A stretch of DNA of 64,000 nt from an uncultured delta proteobacterium (GTDB taxonomy: Bacteria > Desulfobacterota > Syntrophia > Syntrophales > UBA2185), in contig CAVSPA010000006.1 of assembly GCA_963729715.1 (NCBI GenBank), positions 352,001 to 416,000 on the forward strand, written 5' to 3'. Of this stretch, positions 1 to 10,481 are shown piece by piece. How positions within the stretch are numbered: the first letter of the stretch is position 1; every line of letters begins with the position of its first letter. Below the pieces are notes generated by a model. It was not told the DNA's origin. It worked only from the letters and a program-made list of their open reading frames with translations, and did not search any database. The position numbers were made by a program, and so were the translations under genes.

Positions 1-1
1 T

Positions 2-1120
2 CTCTTTCAGATCGGCGGGCTCGGGATTATTACATTCTCCGTCGTTCTTTTCGGGCTGATGGGGAGAGGCATTTCGTTTAAAGGTAGGGAAATTTTCCAG
101 TCGGCATTTCTCCATACCCCGCGAAGAGATTTCTTCGTTATCATGAAATGGGTTTTCGGCCTCACCTTTATCATCGAGGCTGCGGGGACGTTTTTATTAT
201 TTCTCCGGTTTTCACGAGATTTTTCTCCGAGCCGGGCTTTCTATCAGGCTCTGTATCATGCTGTATCCGCCTTCAATAATTGCGGACTCTCTCTCCTTCC
301 GGACAAATTGGTGCGTTATCAGAATGATCTGATCATAAATCTCACAATCATGGCATTGATTATTTTTGGCGGGATAGGCTTTATCGTTCAGTATGAGGTC
401 GTTTCCAAGTGGAGGGGATATCAGCAGAAGATTTCCGTACATTCAAGAATAGTTCTCTTAACCACGGCAAGTCTCATCCTCGGTGGCGCCGCATTTTTTT
501 ATCTGTTTGAGATGAATCATATTCTCAAAGATACACCTGTAAGGACACAGCTTCTGACATCTTTTTTTCAATCGGTCGCTCCCCGTACGGGAGGGTTTAA
601 TACGATTGACATCGGTCATTTGACAAATCCGACAATCCTTGTCCTTATTATGCTGATGTTCATAGGTGCGTCGCCCGGCTCAACGGGGGGAGGCATTAAG
701 ACGACGAGTTTCGCACTGCTCCTTCTGATGATCTGGAATCGGCTGAAAGGACAGGAACAGGTGAATGTCTATGACAGGACCATCCCCGGTGAGGTTCTGA
801 CACGAACTATTGCCATTATCTTCGCTTCGGCCTTTTCGGTTACTCTCATCACGTCCATTCTGCTGTTGTTAGGGGGTGCAGGGGATTTGCCTCCCGCTGA
901 GGGCCGTCACTTCTTTGTGGAGTATCTTTTTGAAACAGTATCCGCCTTTGGCAATGTGGGGCTGTCCATGGGTATAACTCCAACCCTGAGTACAGGCCAG
1001 AAACTGGCTATCATCCTCACGATGTTTGCGGGGCGCATAGGTCCTCTCACACTCGCTTTTTCCTGGTATTCACCGAGAAAGGGTTTAACATATGCGGAAG
1101 AGTCTGTCATGGTTGGATAA
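2..1120 (+). CDS. ktrB: Trk/Ktr K+ uptake membrane subunit (5'-truncated by the window edge)
   Basis: Frame is open from base 2 (LFQIGGLGIITF...). Pore-loop motifs SAFNNCG, PRTGGF, GASPGSTGGGIKT, ETVSAFGNVGLS and MFAGRIGPLT are present. Confidence 0.92.
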   Translation, partial: LFQIGGLGIITFSVVLFGLMGRGISFKGREIFQSAFLHTPRRDFFVIMKWVFGLTFIIEAAGTFLLFLRFSRDFSPSRAFYQALYHAVSAFNNCGLSLLPDKLVRYQNDLIINLTIMALIIFGGIGFIVQYEVVSKWRGYQQKISVHSRIVLLTTASLILGGAAFFYLFEMNHILKDTPVRTQLLTSFFQSVAPRTGGFNTIDIGHLTNPTILVLIMLMFIGASPGSTGGGIKTTSFALLLLMIWNRLKGQEQVNVYDRTIPGEVLTRTIAIIFASAFSVTLITSILLLLGGAGDLPPAEGRHFFVEYLFETVSAFGNVGLSMGITPTLSTGQKLAIILTMFAGRIGPLTLAFSWYSPRKGLTYAEESVMVG

Positions 1121-1132
1121 GGAGGTTCGGTA

Positions 1133-1792
1133 ATGGCTTCAGTAACGCGGCGCGTGATTGTGGTTGGGCTCGGCATCTTTGGCTCCAATATCGTCAAAGA
1201 ATTATATGAAAATGGATTTGATGTCATTGCCGTAGATAAGGATAAGGAGGCCGTCCATCGTTTAAAAGATTTTGCCAGCAAAGCAATCGTCGCCGACGGT
1301 ACGGACAACGAGGTAATGGATCATATCGGCGTTCAGGAGGATGATGTTGCTATTATCTCCTTCGGTGAAGACCTGGCAGCGAGCACGCTCATAACACTTC
1401 ACCTGAAAAAGATGAAGGTCAAGACCATAATCGTCAAAGCCCCCAACGAAGAGCATAAACTTATTCTCGAAAAGGTTGGTGCAACTGACGTTATCATTCC
1501 TGAAAAGGAAGTTGCCAGCAAAGTTGCCAAGAGTCTGATTTCTCCGAGTGTCCTCGATTGTCTTCCCCTTTCTGAAGGCTATATGATATTTGAAATTGCG
1601 CCGCCTAATAGTTTTTTGGGGAAAAGCATTGGTGAACTTGAGTTGAGGAGCAGATATCACATCGAAGTCATCGCTGTGAAAGACGTGCTGACAGACCAGG
1701 TTCACATGGTGCCGGCCGCCAATTTTGTCCTGAAGGACGGAGAGATACTTGTAGTTATAGCTAAGGAAAAAGATATCCAGAAGATTAAATGA
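1133..1792 (+). CDS. ktrA: Ktr/Trk K+ uptake regulatory subunit (RCK_N + RCK_C)
   Basis: GLGIFG Rossmann motif and C-terminal RCK_C-like region; AGGAGG RBS; directly follows ktrB. Confidence 0.92.
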   Translation: MASVTRRVIVVGLGIFGSNIVKELYENGFDVIAVDKDKEAVHRLKDFASKAIVADGTDNEVMDHIGVQEDDVAIISFGEDLAASTLITLHLKKMKVKTIIVKAPNEEHKLILEKVGATDVIIPEKEVASKVAKSLISPSVLDCLPLSEGYMIFEIAPPNSFLGKSIGELELRSRYHIEVIAVKDVLTDQVHMVPAANFVLKDGEILVVIAKEKDIQKIK

Positions 1793-1835
1793 CTTACCCT
1801 TTAAGAAGGATGCCGGGTGGGAATGGAGGTTCATT

Positions 1836-2120
1836 ATGAGCGTCATCGTTGATTTTTCCATTTTCCCGATTGGTAAAGAGGAGAGCGTGAGTAAATACGC
1901 AGCACGGGCGGTTAAAATAATTAAGGATAGTGGCCTGCCTTATCACATCGGCCCGATGGGGACATCAATAGAGGGAGAATGGAATGAGGTCATTCTTGTT
2001 GTCACGCGCTGCATGGATGAGCTAAAGAAGGACTGCCCGCGGTTATACATGACCATGAAAGTGGACTGCAGGCAAAGCGAGTCCGGGCGTATGGAAAAAA
2101 AGGTGAAGAAGGTGGAATAA
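1836..2120 (+). CDS. MTH1187/YkoF-family thiamine-binding protein
   Basis: 94 aa with the pattern DFSIFPIG...SVSKY...GPMGTSIEGEW; GGAGG RBS. Confidence 0.85.
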   Translation: MSVIVDFSIFPIGKEESVSKYAARAVKIIKDSGLPYHIGPMGTSIEGEWNEVILVVTRCMDELKKDCPRLYMTMKVDCRQSESGRMEKKVKKVE

Positions 2121-2176
2121 GATTATTGGAGCTTCACAAAAGGGGTTTCTCGTGGCTCCTCCATTTCTATATTGCC

Positions 2177-4012
2177 TTAACTGACGATTAATGATTCCTC
2201 GGGGCAAGTCATGACCGTGTCATCCTCATTTTTAATCACTTCTGTCGCAAGGAAAGCGTTGGGCAATATATTGCTGACGTAATACCGGGCGCACGCGATC
2301 TTCCCTTTATAGAATGTTGTATCGATTGCATCGGCGGATATGTCATCGAGCTTCTTCTTCGCAATCAGTGCTTGCTCAAGCAGGCACTCGGCAACCTGGA
2401 CCTGGGAGCAGATGAACAGCGCTTTTATCGCATAAAGAGGGATGAGCGACCTTTTTTCACTCATATTGTCATACCAGGAATCATAAGTTGCTTTTACTGC
2501 CTCCAGGCACTGGTAGCCCCTGGCCAAGTTACTCATCTCTTTCTCGAAATCGGGGGCATTCCGGTTAGCGTCAATGAATTTCTTTATGGTTGCCATCCAG
2601 TTTGCAAAAGAAGAGCCTTCTTTCATACGCATCTTCCTCCCCACAAGGTCGTTTCCGTGAATAAAAGAGGTTCCTTCCCAGATCGACAGGATTTTTGAAT
2701 CCCTGAGGTATTGTTCGACCGGATATTCCTGGGTATAGCCAACCCCTCCGAGGATCTGGATTGCCTGGGAAATTATTCCGAGGCAGGCCTCACTGCCGTA
2801 ACATTTCACCATCGGGGTGAGTATTTCTGCCAACTCGCCCAGCTTCCTGGCCTTCTCTTTGTCGCTGGAGTTTGTCTGAATATCGAGATAATAGAATGCC
2901 TTGAATACCATGGCTCTGATGCCTTCGACATGCGCCTTCATATCAAGGAGCATCCTCCTGACATCTTCATGCTTAATGATTGGCACTCGCTCGGCGTTCT
3001 TCACCCCGAACGGTCTTCCCTGGATGCGCTCCGTGGCGAACTGGGATGCGAAATAGTATGCCGCAGCCGCCTGTGTGTTGGCGTTGTGACCAGTGCCTAT
3101 CCTGGATTCATTCATCATGTGAAACATCATCGCCAGACCTTGGGAATGTCCTTTTTCGTCCGGCGGCGGACCGAGGCGGATTCCGTAGCATTCGTCGTCA
3201 TCGCCGAAATTGAGGAGTGCCGTAGCCTGGGCATGGAGTCCCATCTTGTGCTCCAGGCGTGCTGTCCGGACGTCATTGGGTTTGCCAAGGGAGCCATCCG
3301 AGTTCACCCATATCTTGGGAACGATATAAAGTCCGATGCCGGATGATCCGGACGCCCCGGCATCGGGACGCGCCAGCACCATGTGTATGGTGTTTTCACA
3401 GTGGCCGCCGTCCCCGCCCGTGATGAACATCTTCGTTCCCTTGATCTTGTATAGACTGGGATCATTGGTCGGTAATGCCCTCGTCGTAATATCTCCTACG
3501 TCCGATCCGAAGTCCGGTTCGGTCAGGCACATGGTTCCTTGCCATTCACCGGTAAGCATCTTTTGCAAGAACATTGATTCATCCTTTTCTGTGCCAAAGC
3601 GCAGAATCAGATTAGCTGCACCGCTGGTCAGCTTAATGTAGGATGTCAAAGCTGGGCATGCGGCCTGGTTGATCTCAGCGATGGCCTTGTAAAGGATAAG
3701 AGGCATACCCGTGTTAAGCTTTATACATTCGCTGCTTGATCCCCATCCGTTCTGCTGAAGAAACTGGTACGCTTCCTTGAAACCTGGTGAAGGTATCACC
3801 ACACCGTTCTCAAGTTTGGCTCCCGTCTTATCTCCAGCTGTGTTTATGGGGTTCACGATCTCTCGTGCGATCTTGTAAACTTCACTCAAAACGATATCGA
3901 TATCATCAATGCCAAAATTGTTTTTGAACCGGTCGCAGGCAAATACCTCCTCTGAAGCCAGCCATTCCTTCAGAATAAATTTCAAATCTCTCAAATCGTA
4001 CTTGAATTCCAT
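2177..4012 (-). CDS. Acyl-CoA dehydrogenase (long, ~600-aa type)
   Basis: MCLTEPDFGSD, GTKMFITGG, EHKMGL, QILGGVGY, IWEGTS motifs. Confidence 0.92.
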   Translation of the reverse strand: MEFKYDLRDLKFILKEWLASEEVFACDRFKNNFGIDDIDIVLSEVYKIAREIVNPINTAGDKTGAKLENGVVIPSPGFKEAYQFLQQNGWGSSSECIKLNTGMPLILYKAIAEINQAACPALTSYIKLTSGAANLILRFGTEKDESMFLQKMLTGEWQGTMCLTEPDFGSDVGDITTRALPTNDPSLYKIKGTKMFITGGDGGHCENTIHMVLARPDAGASGSSGIGLYIVPKIWVNSDGSLGKPNDVRTARLEHKMGLHAQATALLNFGDDDECYGIRLGPPPDEKGHSQGLAMMFHMMNESRIGTGHNANTQAAAAYYFASQFATERIQGRPFGVKNAERVPIIKHEDVRRMLLDMKAHVEGIRAMVFKAFYYLDIQTNSSDKEKARKLGELAEILTPMVKCYGSEACLGIISQAIQILGGVGYTQEYPVEQYLRDSKILSIWEGTSFIHGNDLVGRKMRMKEGSSFANWMATIKKFIDANRNAPDFEKEMSNLARGYQCLEAVKATYDSWYDNMSEKRSLIPLYAIKALFICSQVQVAECLLEQALIAKKKLDDISADAIDTTFYKGKIACARYYVSNILPNAFLATEVIKNEDDTVMTCPEESLIVS

Positions 4013-4044
4013 TTCTTGCTTCTCCTGTTCGGGCTGTATTTATC

Positions 4045-5202
4045 CTACACCCTATTCGGAGCATAGCCGAGAGCGGCGTTCGCCACGATCATGGTATGCA
4101 TATGGGAAGTTCCCTCGAGAGTTTCAAACTGCTTTGAATCCCGCAGGAAGCGTCCGCAGGGATATTCCTCGGAGTAGCCGTAGGAGCCGTGAAGCTTCAT
4201 GCATTCATTGGCCGCGTGAACGACGATCTTTGCCCCGTAGAGCTTGGACATCGATGTCTCCATCACATTCGGAAGGTTCTTGTCTTTCAACCAGGCCGCT
4301 TTGTACACCAGAGCCGCGAGCGACTCGTGCTCCATCTTCATTTCCGCGATCTGCTGCTGAATCAGCTGGTATCTGCCAATCTGCTTTCCGAACTGCGTTC
4401 TTTCATTTGCATATTTAATGGATTGCTCCAGAATGGCGCCGGAAAGGCCCAGGGCGCCAGCCGAACAACCCAGGCGGGTTGCGTTCAGTTGTGTCATGCA
4501 TATCTGGAATCCCTTGTTCATCTGTCCGAGAACGAGCTCCTTGGGAACCCTGACGTCCTCAAAGGCGATTTCTGCCGTATCGGAAGCCCACAATCCCACC
4601 TTGTCGTGAAGCTTCCGGCGGGTGATGCCAGGCAGGCTGTAATCCATTATGAGGCAGGTGATCCCCTTAGCGCCGGCATCTTTGTCCGTCTTCACATAAA
4701 GGAGACCATGATTGCATATGGTTCCATTGGTTATGAACATCTTGGTGCCGTTTAAGAGAAAATGATCCCCCTTATCCTGCGCGCGGCAGCGCATGCCGGC
4801 AACGTCAGAGCCGATATCGGGCTCCGTCATGGCGAAGCTCCCGATGAATTCGCCATTGACAAACCTGGGTACGTAATGTTCCTTCTGTGCTTGTGTGCCG
4901 AATTTCTGGATTGTCAACGCCGGGCCCCAGCACTGCATATTAAAGGCCATCCGCCAGGAGGTATGGATCTTTGCAACTTGTTCAATTGCCAGGGTCCCCT
5001 CGAGAAATCCCATGCCGTTGCCGCCGTATTTCTCGTCGATACAGAAACCGAAGAAACCCAGTGCCGCCATTTTTTCGAATATCTCCCTGCGCCAGTGCTG
5101 GTTCCTTTCATCTTCCTCCACATACGGCTTGATCTCATTCTCGGCGAAATTCTTTGCCATATCCTGAATCATTTGCTGTTCTTGCGTTTGTGCAAAATCC
5201 AT
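4045..5202 (-). CDS. Acyl-CoA dehydrogenase, resembling non-decarboxylating glutaryl-CoA dehydrogenases
   Basis: FAMTEPDIGSD, ERTQFGK, GSYGYSEEYP, LEGTS motifs. The R-x3-NM segment (WRMAFNM) and the C-terminal LG..NR resemble anaerobe glutaryl-CoA dehydrogenases, compared from memory. Confidence 0.85.
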   Translation of the reverse strand: MDFAQTQEQQMIQDMAKNFAENEIKPYVEEDERNQHWRREIFEKMAALGFFGFCIDEKYGGNGMGFLEGTLAIEQVAKIHTSWRMAFNMQCWGPALTIQKFGTQAQKEHYVPRFVNGEFIGSFAMTEPDIGSDVAGMRCRAQDKGDHFLLNGTKMFITNGTICNHGLLYVKTDKDAGAKGITCLIMDYSLPGITRRKLHDKVGLWASDTAEIAFEDVRVPKELVLGQMNKGFQICMTQLNATRLGCSAGALGLSGAILEQSIKYANERTQFGKQIGRYQLIQQQIAEMKMEHESLAALVYKAAWLKDKNLPNVMETSMSKLYGAKIVVHAANECMKLHGSYGYSEEYPCGRFLRDSKQFETLEGTSHMHTMIVANAALGYAPNRV

Positions 5203-5220
5203 CTTGTTCTCCTTGCTGAT

Positions 5221-6489
5221 TTATGATTTTCTCTCAACGATCATGCAGATGCCCTGTCCGCCGCCGCCGCAGATGGTCTCAAGCCCGTAACGGACACTAC
5301 GCCTCTTCATTTCATGGAGAAGCGTTGTCAATCTCATCGTGCCGGTTGCGCCTACCGGATGGCCGAGGGAAATGCCCGATCCATTCACATTCACTTTCTC
5401 TTCCATATCTTTTTCACTGAGCCCGCAGAGCCTTGCATCGGCCAAGGCCTGGACTGCAAAGGCCTCCTGCACTTCTATGAGATCTATCTGATCGATCTTC
5501 AAAGCGGCCTTACTGAGAGCCCTGGAAACGGCGACAGGCACCGCCGGATATGTCAATGTCGGATCCGTGGCGGCAATAGCACACGAACGAAAATATGCCA
5601 TCGGTTTGATACCGAGTTCTGTTGCTTTTCTTTCCGATGCGAGGACAACGACGGAGGCGCCGTCATTCTCTGAAGAGGAATTACCGGCAGTACACACCCC
5701 GTCCGGATAAACGGGCCGGAGCTTGGCAAGCTTTTCCATTGTCGTTTTGCGACGCGGTCCCTCATCTGTATTAAAAAAGATCATGTCCCCGTCTTTCCCC
5801 TTTCCGACAGGAACGGGGACTATCTCATTCGCGAATTTCCCGGCATCCCATGCCGCAATGGCTCTCTTGTGGCTGCGATACGCCCACTTGTCCGCCTCTT
5901 CACGGGTTATTTTTTCCCTCTTGGCCGCCATCTCCGCCCAGGACATCATCGAGTTCAACTCTCCGTAACGGTGGATGGGCTGAGACATCACCCTCCCACG
6001 CTGAAGCCTGTCATAGAGAGGTATCCCCCACATGGCGAGGGCGCCGTGACCTCTGGGCATGAAACCGTACTTTTCATGGCTCTTACCACCGAGACCCCAC
6101 TTGATATCACCCGGTATATAAAGTTCCGCCTGGCTCATGCTGTCCATACCGCCGGCGACGATGATTTCTGCATTTCCCGTTTGAATCTGTAAAGCACCAT
6201 AAAAGATTGATTCCAACCCAGAGCAGCAGCGACGGTCGATCACGACGCCCGGCACAGTATCCGGCCAGCCCGCATCAAGAACGGCCATCCGGGCGCCGTT
6301 GGCGCACTCTCCGTTCTGGTAGGATGTTCCCATGATCACATCATCAACCGCAGAGGCTTCGATGCCAACCCTCTTGACGACCTCGTTTAAGACTAGGCTT
6401 CCCAGCCTATAGACCGGGATATCTTTCATGGCTCCGCCGTAAGCGCCTATCGGTGTGCGGACACAGCTCAGAATAACTACATCTTCCAT
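5221..6489 (-). CDS. Acetyl-CoA C-acyltransferase (thiolase)
   Basis: Catalytic Cys in RRCCSG, (Q)EAFA, GHPVGATG, CGGGGQG. Confidence 0.93.
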   Translation of the reverse strand: MEDVVILSCVRTPIGAYGGAMKDIPVYRLGSLVLNEVVKRVGIEASAVDDVIMGTSYQNGECANGARMAVLDAGWPDTVPGVVIDRRCCSGLESIFYGALQIQTGNAEIIVAGGMDSMSQAELYIPGDIKWGLGGKSHEKYGFMPRGHGALAMWGIPLYDRLQRGRVMSQPIHRYGELNSMMSWAEMAAKREKITREEADKWAYRSHKRAIAAWDAGKFANEIVPVPVGKGKDGDMIFFNTDEGPRRKTTMEKLAKLRPVYPDGVCTAGNSSSENDGASVVVLASERKATELGIKPMAYFRSCAIAATDPTLTYPAVPVAVSRALSKAALKIDQIDLIEVQEAFAVQALADARLCGLSEKDMEEKVNVNGSGISLGHPVGATGTMRLTTLLHEMKRRSVRYGLETICGGGGQGICMIVERKS

Positions 6490-6542
6490 TTTTTTATTGC
6501 CTCGTATTTTTAGCGCCTCTCAGAAGTGAATATCCGTTCCGA

Positions 6543-8186
6543 TTATCTTCCATACAACTTCCTTAACTCCACCTTATTGATCTTCCCTACGCTGGTTCGT
6601 GGAATGGCGTCGACAAACTCATAGCGGTCGGGAATGCCGTATTTCGGGAGTTTGCCTTGCTCGGACATCTTCTTCACGTAATCCTTCATGTCTTCGCCCG
6701 TTACCTTGCTTTTGAATTCCGTTCTCAGGGTGAGAATCACAAGGGGTCTTTCCCCCCACTTGGAATCCGGTACGCCGATTACGGCGGCCTCGGAAACAGC
6801 GGGATGCATGCTGACCAGGTTCTCGAGGTCGATGGAAGAAACCCACTCTCCTCCGGTCTTGATGACGTCTTTCAGCCGGTCTGTGATCTGGACATATCCC
6901 TGGTTATCTATGTATGCCACATCACCGCTGTGGAGCCAGCCGTCCCTCCAGAGGTCTTTTGATTTCTCAGGGTCCTTGTAATAGGATGCTGTGAGCCACG
7001 GAGCTCTCATCACCAGTTCCCCGGTACTTCTACCATCGCAGGGCAGGGCTTTTCCGCTTGCATCAACGACCTGTACCTCAACCAGAGGTGCGGGGAGACC
7101 GGTCTTGACGAAGATATCAAGTTTCTTTTCTTCGTCCAGATTCAACATTGTGCTTTTGAGGCTGGCGCCCGAGATGAGGGGACAGGTCTCGGACATACCG
7201 TAGGCGGAATAGATCTGTATCCCGAGTTCCATGGCGGCCATCGCCAATGACTTGGGCAGGGCTGCGCCGCCGATGACCACCTTCCATTTCGAGAGGTCCA
7301 ATTTTTTCGCGATCGGGTTTGTGACGAGCATATGTATTATGGTAGGAATGCAGTGAGAGAAAGTGACTTTCTCACCGAGGATAAGTTTCAACAGGACCTC
7401 CGGTTCATAGCGCCCCGGATAAACCTGTTTCACGCCCAGCATGGTAGCCAGATAAGGAACGCCCCAGGCATGGACATGAAACATCGGCGTGAGTGGCATG
7501 TAGACGTCGTTTGATCTGAACCGTCCCGTCGTCTCGTAGCTGCCCACATTCACACCCATTGCCAGGGTATGCAAAACAAGCTGGCGATGGGTGAAATGCA
7601 CGCCTTTGGGATCGCCGGTAGTTCCCGTTGTGTAGAAAATCGACGCCCGCGTATTCTCATCGAGATCGGCAAAATCGTAGGATGCGGGCGCCGCCTTCAG
7701 CATCTCCTCGTATTCTGCATCGATCCCGGCCTTTGTGTCCTTCCTTACGTCATCCAAAATAAGAATGACTTTCTTTACCGTTTTGAGGTGACCTTGAATC
7801 GCTTCGAGAAGCGGAAGAAAATCCTGATTGACGAGGATGACCGAGTCCTCGGCATGGTTGATCGTGTAAGCAAGTTGCGCGGGAGAGAGCCGCCAGTTGA
7901 GGGTATGTATGACTGCACCCATCATCGGAACGGCAAAGAAGCATTCCAGGTATCGGTGGCTGTCAAAATCCAATACGCCTACGACATCGCCCTTTCCCAC
8001 CCCCAGGGCGGTAAGACCGTTGGCCAGTCTATGAACCCGCTCGTGCATGTCTTGATAGCGATACCGGACCTTATCCCTATAGACAATCTCCTGATTCTGT
8101 CCGTAGATGATGCCCGTAGCCAGAATTTTCTTGATGATGAGAGGATAATCGTAGCTTTCTCCTGCTTTGTAAATCTTCGCCTCCAT
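6543..8186 (-). CDS. Medium/long-chain fatty-acid--CoA ligase (AMP-forming)
   Basis: YTTGTTGDPKG, YGMSET, SGD, DRLKDVIKTGGE and PRTSVGK adenylation motifs. Confidence 0.92.
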   Translation of the reverse strand: MEAKIYKAGESYDYPLIIKKILATGIIYGQNQEIVYRDKVRYRYQDMHERVHRLANGLTALGVGKGDVVGVLDFDSHRYLECFFAVPMMGAVIHTLNWRLSPAQLAYTINHAEDSVILVNQDFLPLLEAIQGHLKTVKKVILILDDVRKDTKAGIDAEYEEMLKAAPASYDFADLDENTRASIFYTTGTTGDPKGVHFTHRQLVLHTLAMGVNVGSYETTGRFRSNDVYMPLTPMFHVHAWGVPYLATMLGVKQVYPGRYEPEVLLKLILGEKVTFSHCIPTIIHMLVTNPIAKKLDLSKWKVVIGGAALPKSLAMAAMELGIQIYSAYGMSETCPLISGASLKSTMLNLDEEKKLDIFVKTGLPAPLVEVQVVDASGKALPCDGRSTGELVMRAPWLTASYYKDPEKSKDLWRDGWLHSGDVAYIDNQGYVQITDRLKDVIKTGGEWVSSIDLENLVSMHPAVSEAAVIGVPDSKWGERPLVILTLRTEFKSKVTGEDMKDYVKKMSEQGKLPKYGIPDRYEFVDAIPRTSVGKINKVELRKLYGR

Positions 8187-8364
8187 AGTATCCCTCCTTT
8201 TAATTTTGATAAGGTTCCTTTATGGGTCTGATTCTACAAGTTATGCCGGACCGGATTGCTGCAATGGTTTACTATTTTTTGTCACAGCGGGATCAGATAG
8301 AGAATGATTCCTGTACCATTTTCAAGAGCGACTTGTCAGCTATTCACATTTGCCAAAACAGGCA

Positions 8365-10461
8365 TCAATTCAAGACAATCGTGGCATCAACGGCAATCAG
8401 GGTTCCATCTTCGCGGACAATAAGAGGATTTACATCAATTTCGTGAATCCGCGGATAATGAAGGCCGATGTCGCCCACGGCGACGAGTATCGCTGCGAGT
8501 TCTTCCCTGTTAACAGGCGGTTCTCCCCTAAAGCCGGCGAATATCTTCTGTCCTCGCAAGCGCCCGATTAGCGCCAGAGCATCCTCCATGGTCAGCGGAG
8601 CTGGAGCGAAGACCGCATCACTCAATATCTCTGCCATTATACCTCCCAGCCCGAGCATGACACAGGGGCCGAAATGGAAATCCCTGACGAGTCCAACGAT
8701 GATCTCGATTTTTCCCTTAACCTGCTTATAGGCAAGGACCTGACCCGACGGGTCCATCTTCTTCTTTAGGGAATTGAAAACCTGAAGGGCAGCCCCCGGC
8801 GCTGCTATATTTAAATGCACCAAACCGAGTTCGGTCTTATGTACCTTTCCCTTTTGCAGGCCCTTCATGACAAGCGGAAAGCCGAGCCTGTCTGCGGCTT
8901 TCTTGCACTCCGCTACGTCTGAAATTATTTCCTCTTCTACAGTGGGAATTCCATGAAGCCTGAGAATAGTCTTGGAGGCATACTCGTCCAAAGGCCCAAC
9001 TGCTTCTTTTAGGACATCACAGCGCTCGTCGGGGATGCGGATAGTCTTCTCTTTTTCCGGAAGTTGTCGAGAAATCTCTGATGATCTCCGCTGATGGAAA
9101 ACAGCAGCCAGGCATTCCACGGCGCGGGATATTTCCTGGAATACAGGAATGCCAGAGGAGATAGCCTCTGCCTTAAAACGAAGGGCCTCTTCTTGTCTTC
9201 CAAGGAGCCATACGAACACAGGCTTGCCGGCCGCACGCGCCTGCTCGGCAATCTCCGTGACATTGATTCTCAACTGAAAATGTCCCGCAAAGGCGTGGAG
9301 GAAAACTGCATCGACTGCCGGATCTCCGAGTACTGCCGCAAGGGCCGTGCTGTATACATCGACGTTCGTTTCGCCCTGCTTTTCTATGGCCGGCCACAAG
9401 TCGACAGGATTCCCGACAGGCATCCAGTTGGGGAAAAGAAGCCCCAAGGCGTCTTTGGTTTCAGTGGAAAGCTCTGCTACGATCAGGTTATGCTCTTCAA
9501 TGAAGTCAGAGGCGACAATGCCGGAACCCCCACTGAACGTGAGAACAGCAATGCGACCATATCGGCCGGCCGGCCGCGGTCTTGCAGCGAGTGAACGGCA
9601 GATGTCCATCATCTGATGAAAATCTCCCGCTTCAGTCACTCCGGCCTGGGCCAAGGCGCCTGAAATGATCTTATGATTTCCGGCCATGGATGCCGTGTGG
9701 CTCATTGCCGCTTCGGCCCCTTTCCTGCTCTTCCCCCCGTGAAGGACGACAATGGGTTTTGTACTTCTCCTGCACAGTTCCATAAAGCGCCTGCCGTCGG
9801 AAAAAGACTCCAGGTAATGGCCGATGACTTCAGTATTAGTATCTTGAATCAGGTAAGACAGCAGGTCGCACTCGTTCACGTCTATCTTATTTCCTATGGA
9901 GCATACTTTACTGATGCCCATCACGCGGTGACTCATTACATCAACGAGAAAGCCGGCGGACAGCAATCCACTCTGTACCACAAGTGATACGTTTCCGGGG
10001 ATGAGGAGTCCCTGCTGCAATGAGCGTGGATCCATAAAGGAAAAAAGAAAGCCTCCGACGGCATCGACGAGACCCATGCAATTGGGCCCCCAGAGGCGGA
10101 TACCGGTTATCTTTGCTATATCCATCAGCGACTGCTGCAGCAAGCGTCCTTCCTGACCGGTTTCAGCGAACCCGCCGGATTCGATCATTACCCCCCTGAC
10201 GCCTTTCGCGGCACAATCCTCTATTACTGCCGGTACGAGTCTTGCCGGCACAAACACGATGGCCAAATCAACATGACCGGGGACGTCGTGTACGGATGGG
10301 TAACAGGCAATACCCTCAATTGCCTTATAGCTAGGATTGACAGGATAAATATTTCCCTTATAGCTCATGAGGAGATTCTTGAAGATAGCATACCCGCCTT
10401 TAAGAGTATTCGGCGTTGCACCGACAAGAGCGACGCCGTCCGGGTTAAAAAAGAAATTCAT
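8365..10461 (-). CDS. ADP-forming acyl-CoA synthetase (acetate--CoA ligase family, fused alpha-beta)
   Basis: CoA-binding N-terminus (VGAT..YPVNP), GPNCMG, phospho-His SHTASMAG, NPVD, ATP-grasp HKTELG and EIDVNPL. Confidence 0.9.
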   Translation of the reverse strand: MNFFFNPDGVALVGATPNTLKGGYAIFKNLLMSYKGNIYPVNPSYKAIEGIACYPSVHDVPGHVDLAIVFVPARLVPAVIEDCAAKGVRGVMIESGGFAETGQEGRLLQQSLMDIAKITGIRLWGPNCMGLVDAVGGFLFSFMDPRSLQQGLLIPGNVSLVVQSGLLSAGFLVDVMSHRVMGISKVCSIGNKIDVNECDLLSYLIQDTNTEVIGHYLESFSDGRRFMELCRRSTKPIVVLHGGKSRKGAEAAMSHTASMAGNHKIISGALAQAGVTEAGDFHQMMDICRSLAARPRPAGRYGRIAVLTFSGGSGIVASDFIEEHNLIVAELSTETKDALGLLFPNWMPVGNPVDLWPAIEKQGETNVDVYSTALAAVLGDPAVDAVFLHAFAGHFQLRINVTEIAEQARAAGKPVFVWLLGRQEEALRFKAEAISSGIPVFQEISRAVECLAAVFHQRRSSEISRQLPEKEKTIRIPDERCDVLKEAVGPLDEYASKTILRLHGIPTVEEEIISDVAECKKAADRLGFPLVMKGLQKGKVHKTELGLVHLNIAAPGAALQVFNSLKKKMDPSGQVLAYKQVKGKIEIIVGLVRDFHFGPCVMLGLGGIMAEILSDAVFAPAPLTMEDALALIGRLRGQKIFAGFRGEPPVNREELAAILVAVGDIGLHYPRIHEIDVNPLIVREDGTLIAVDATIVLN

Positions 10462-10481
10462 GGAAGCTCCTCATGAGAAAA

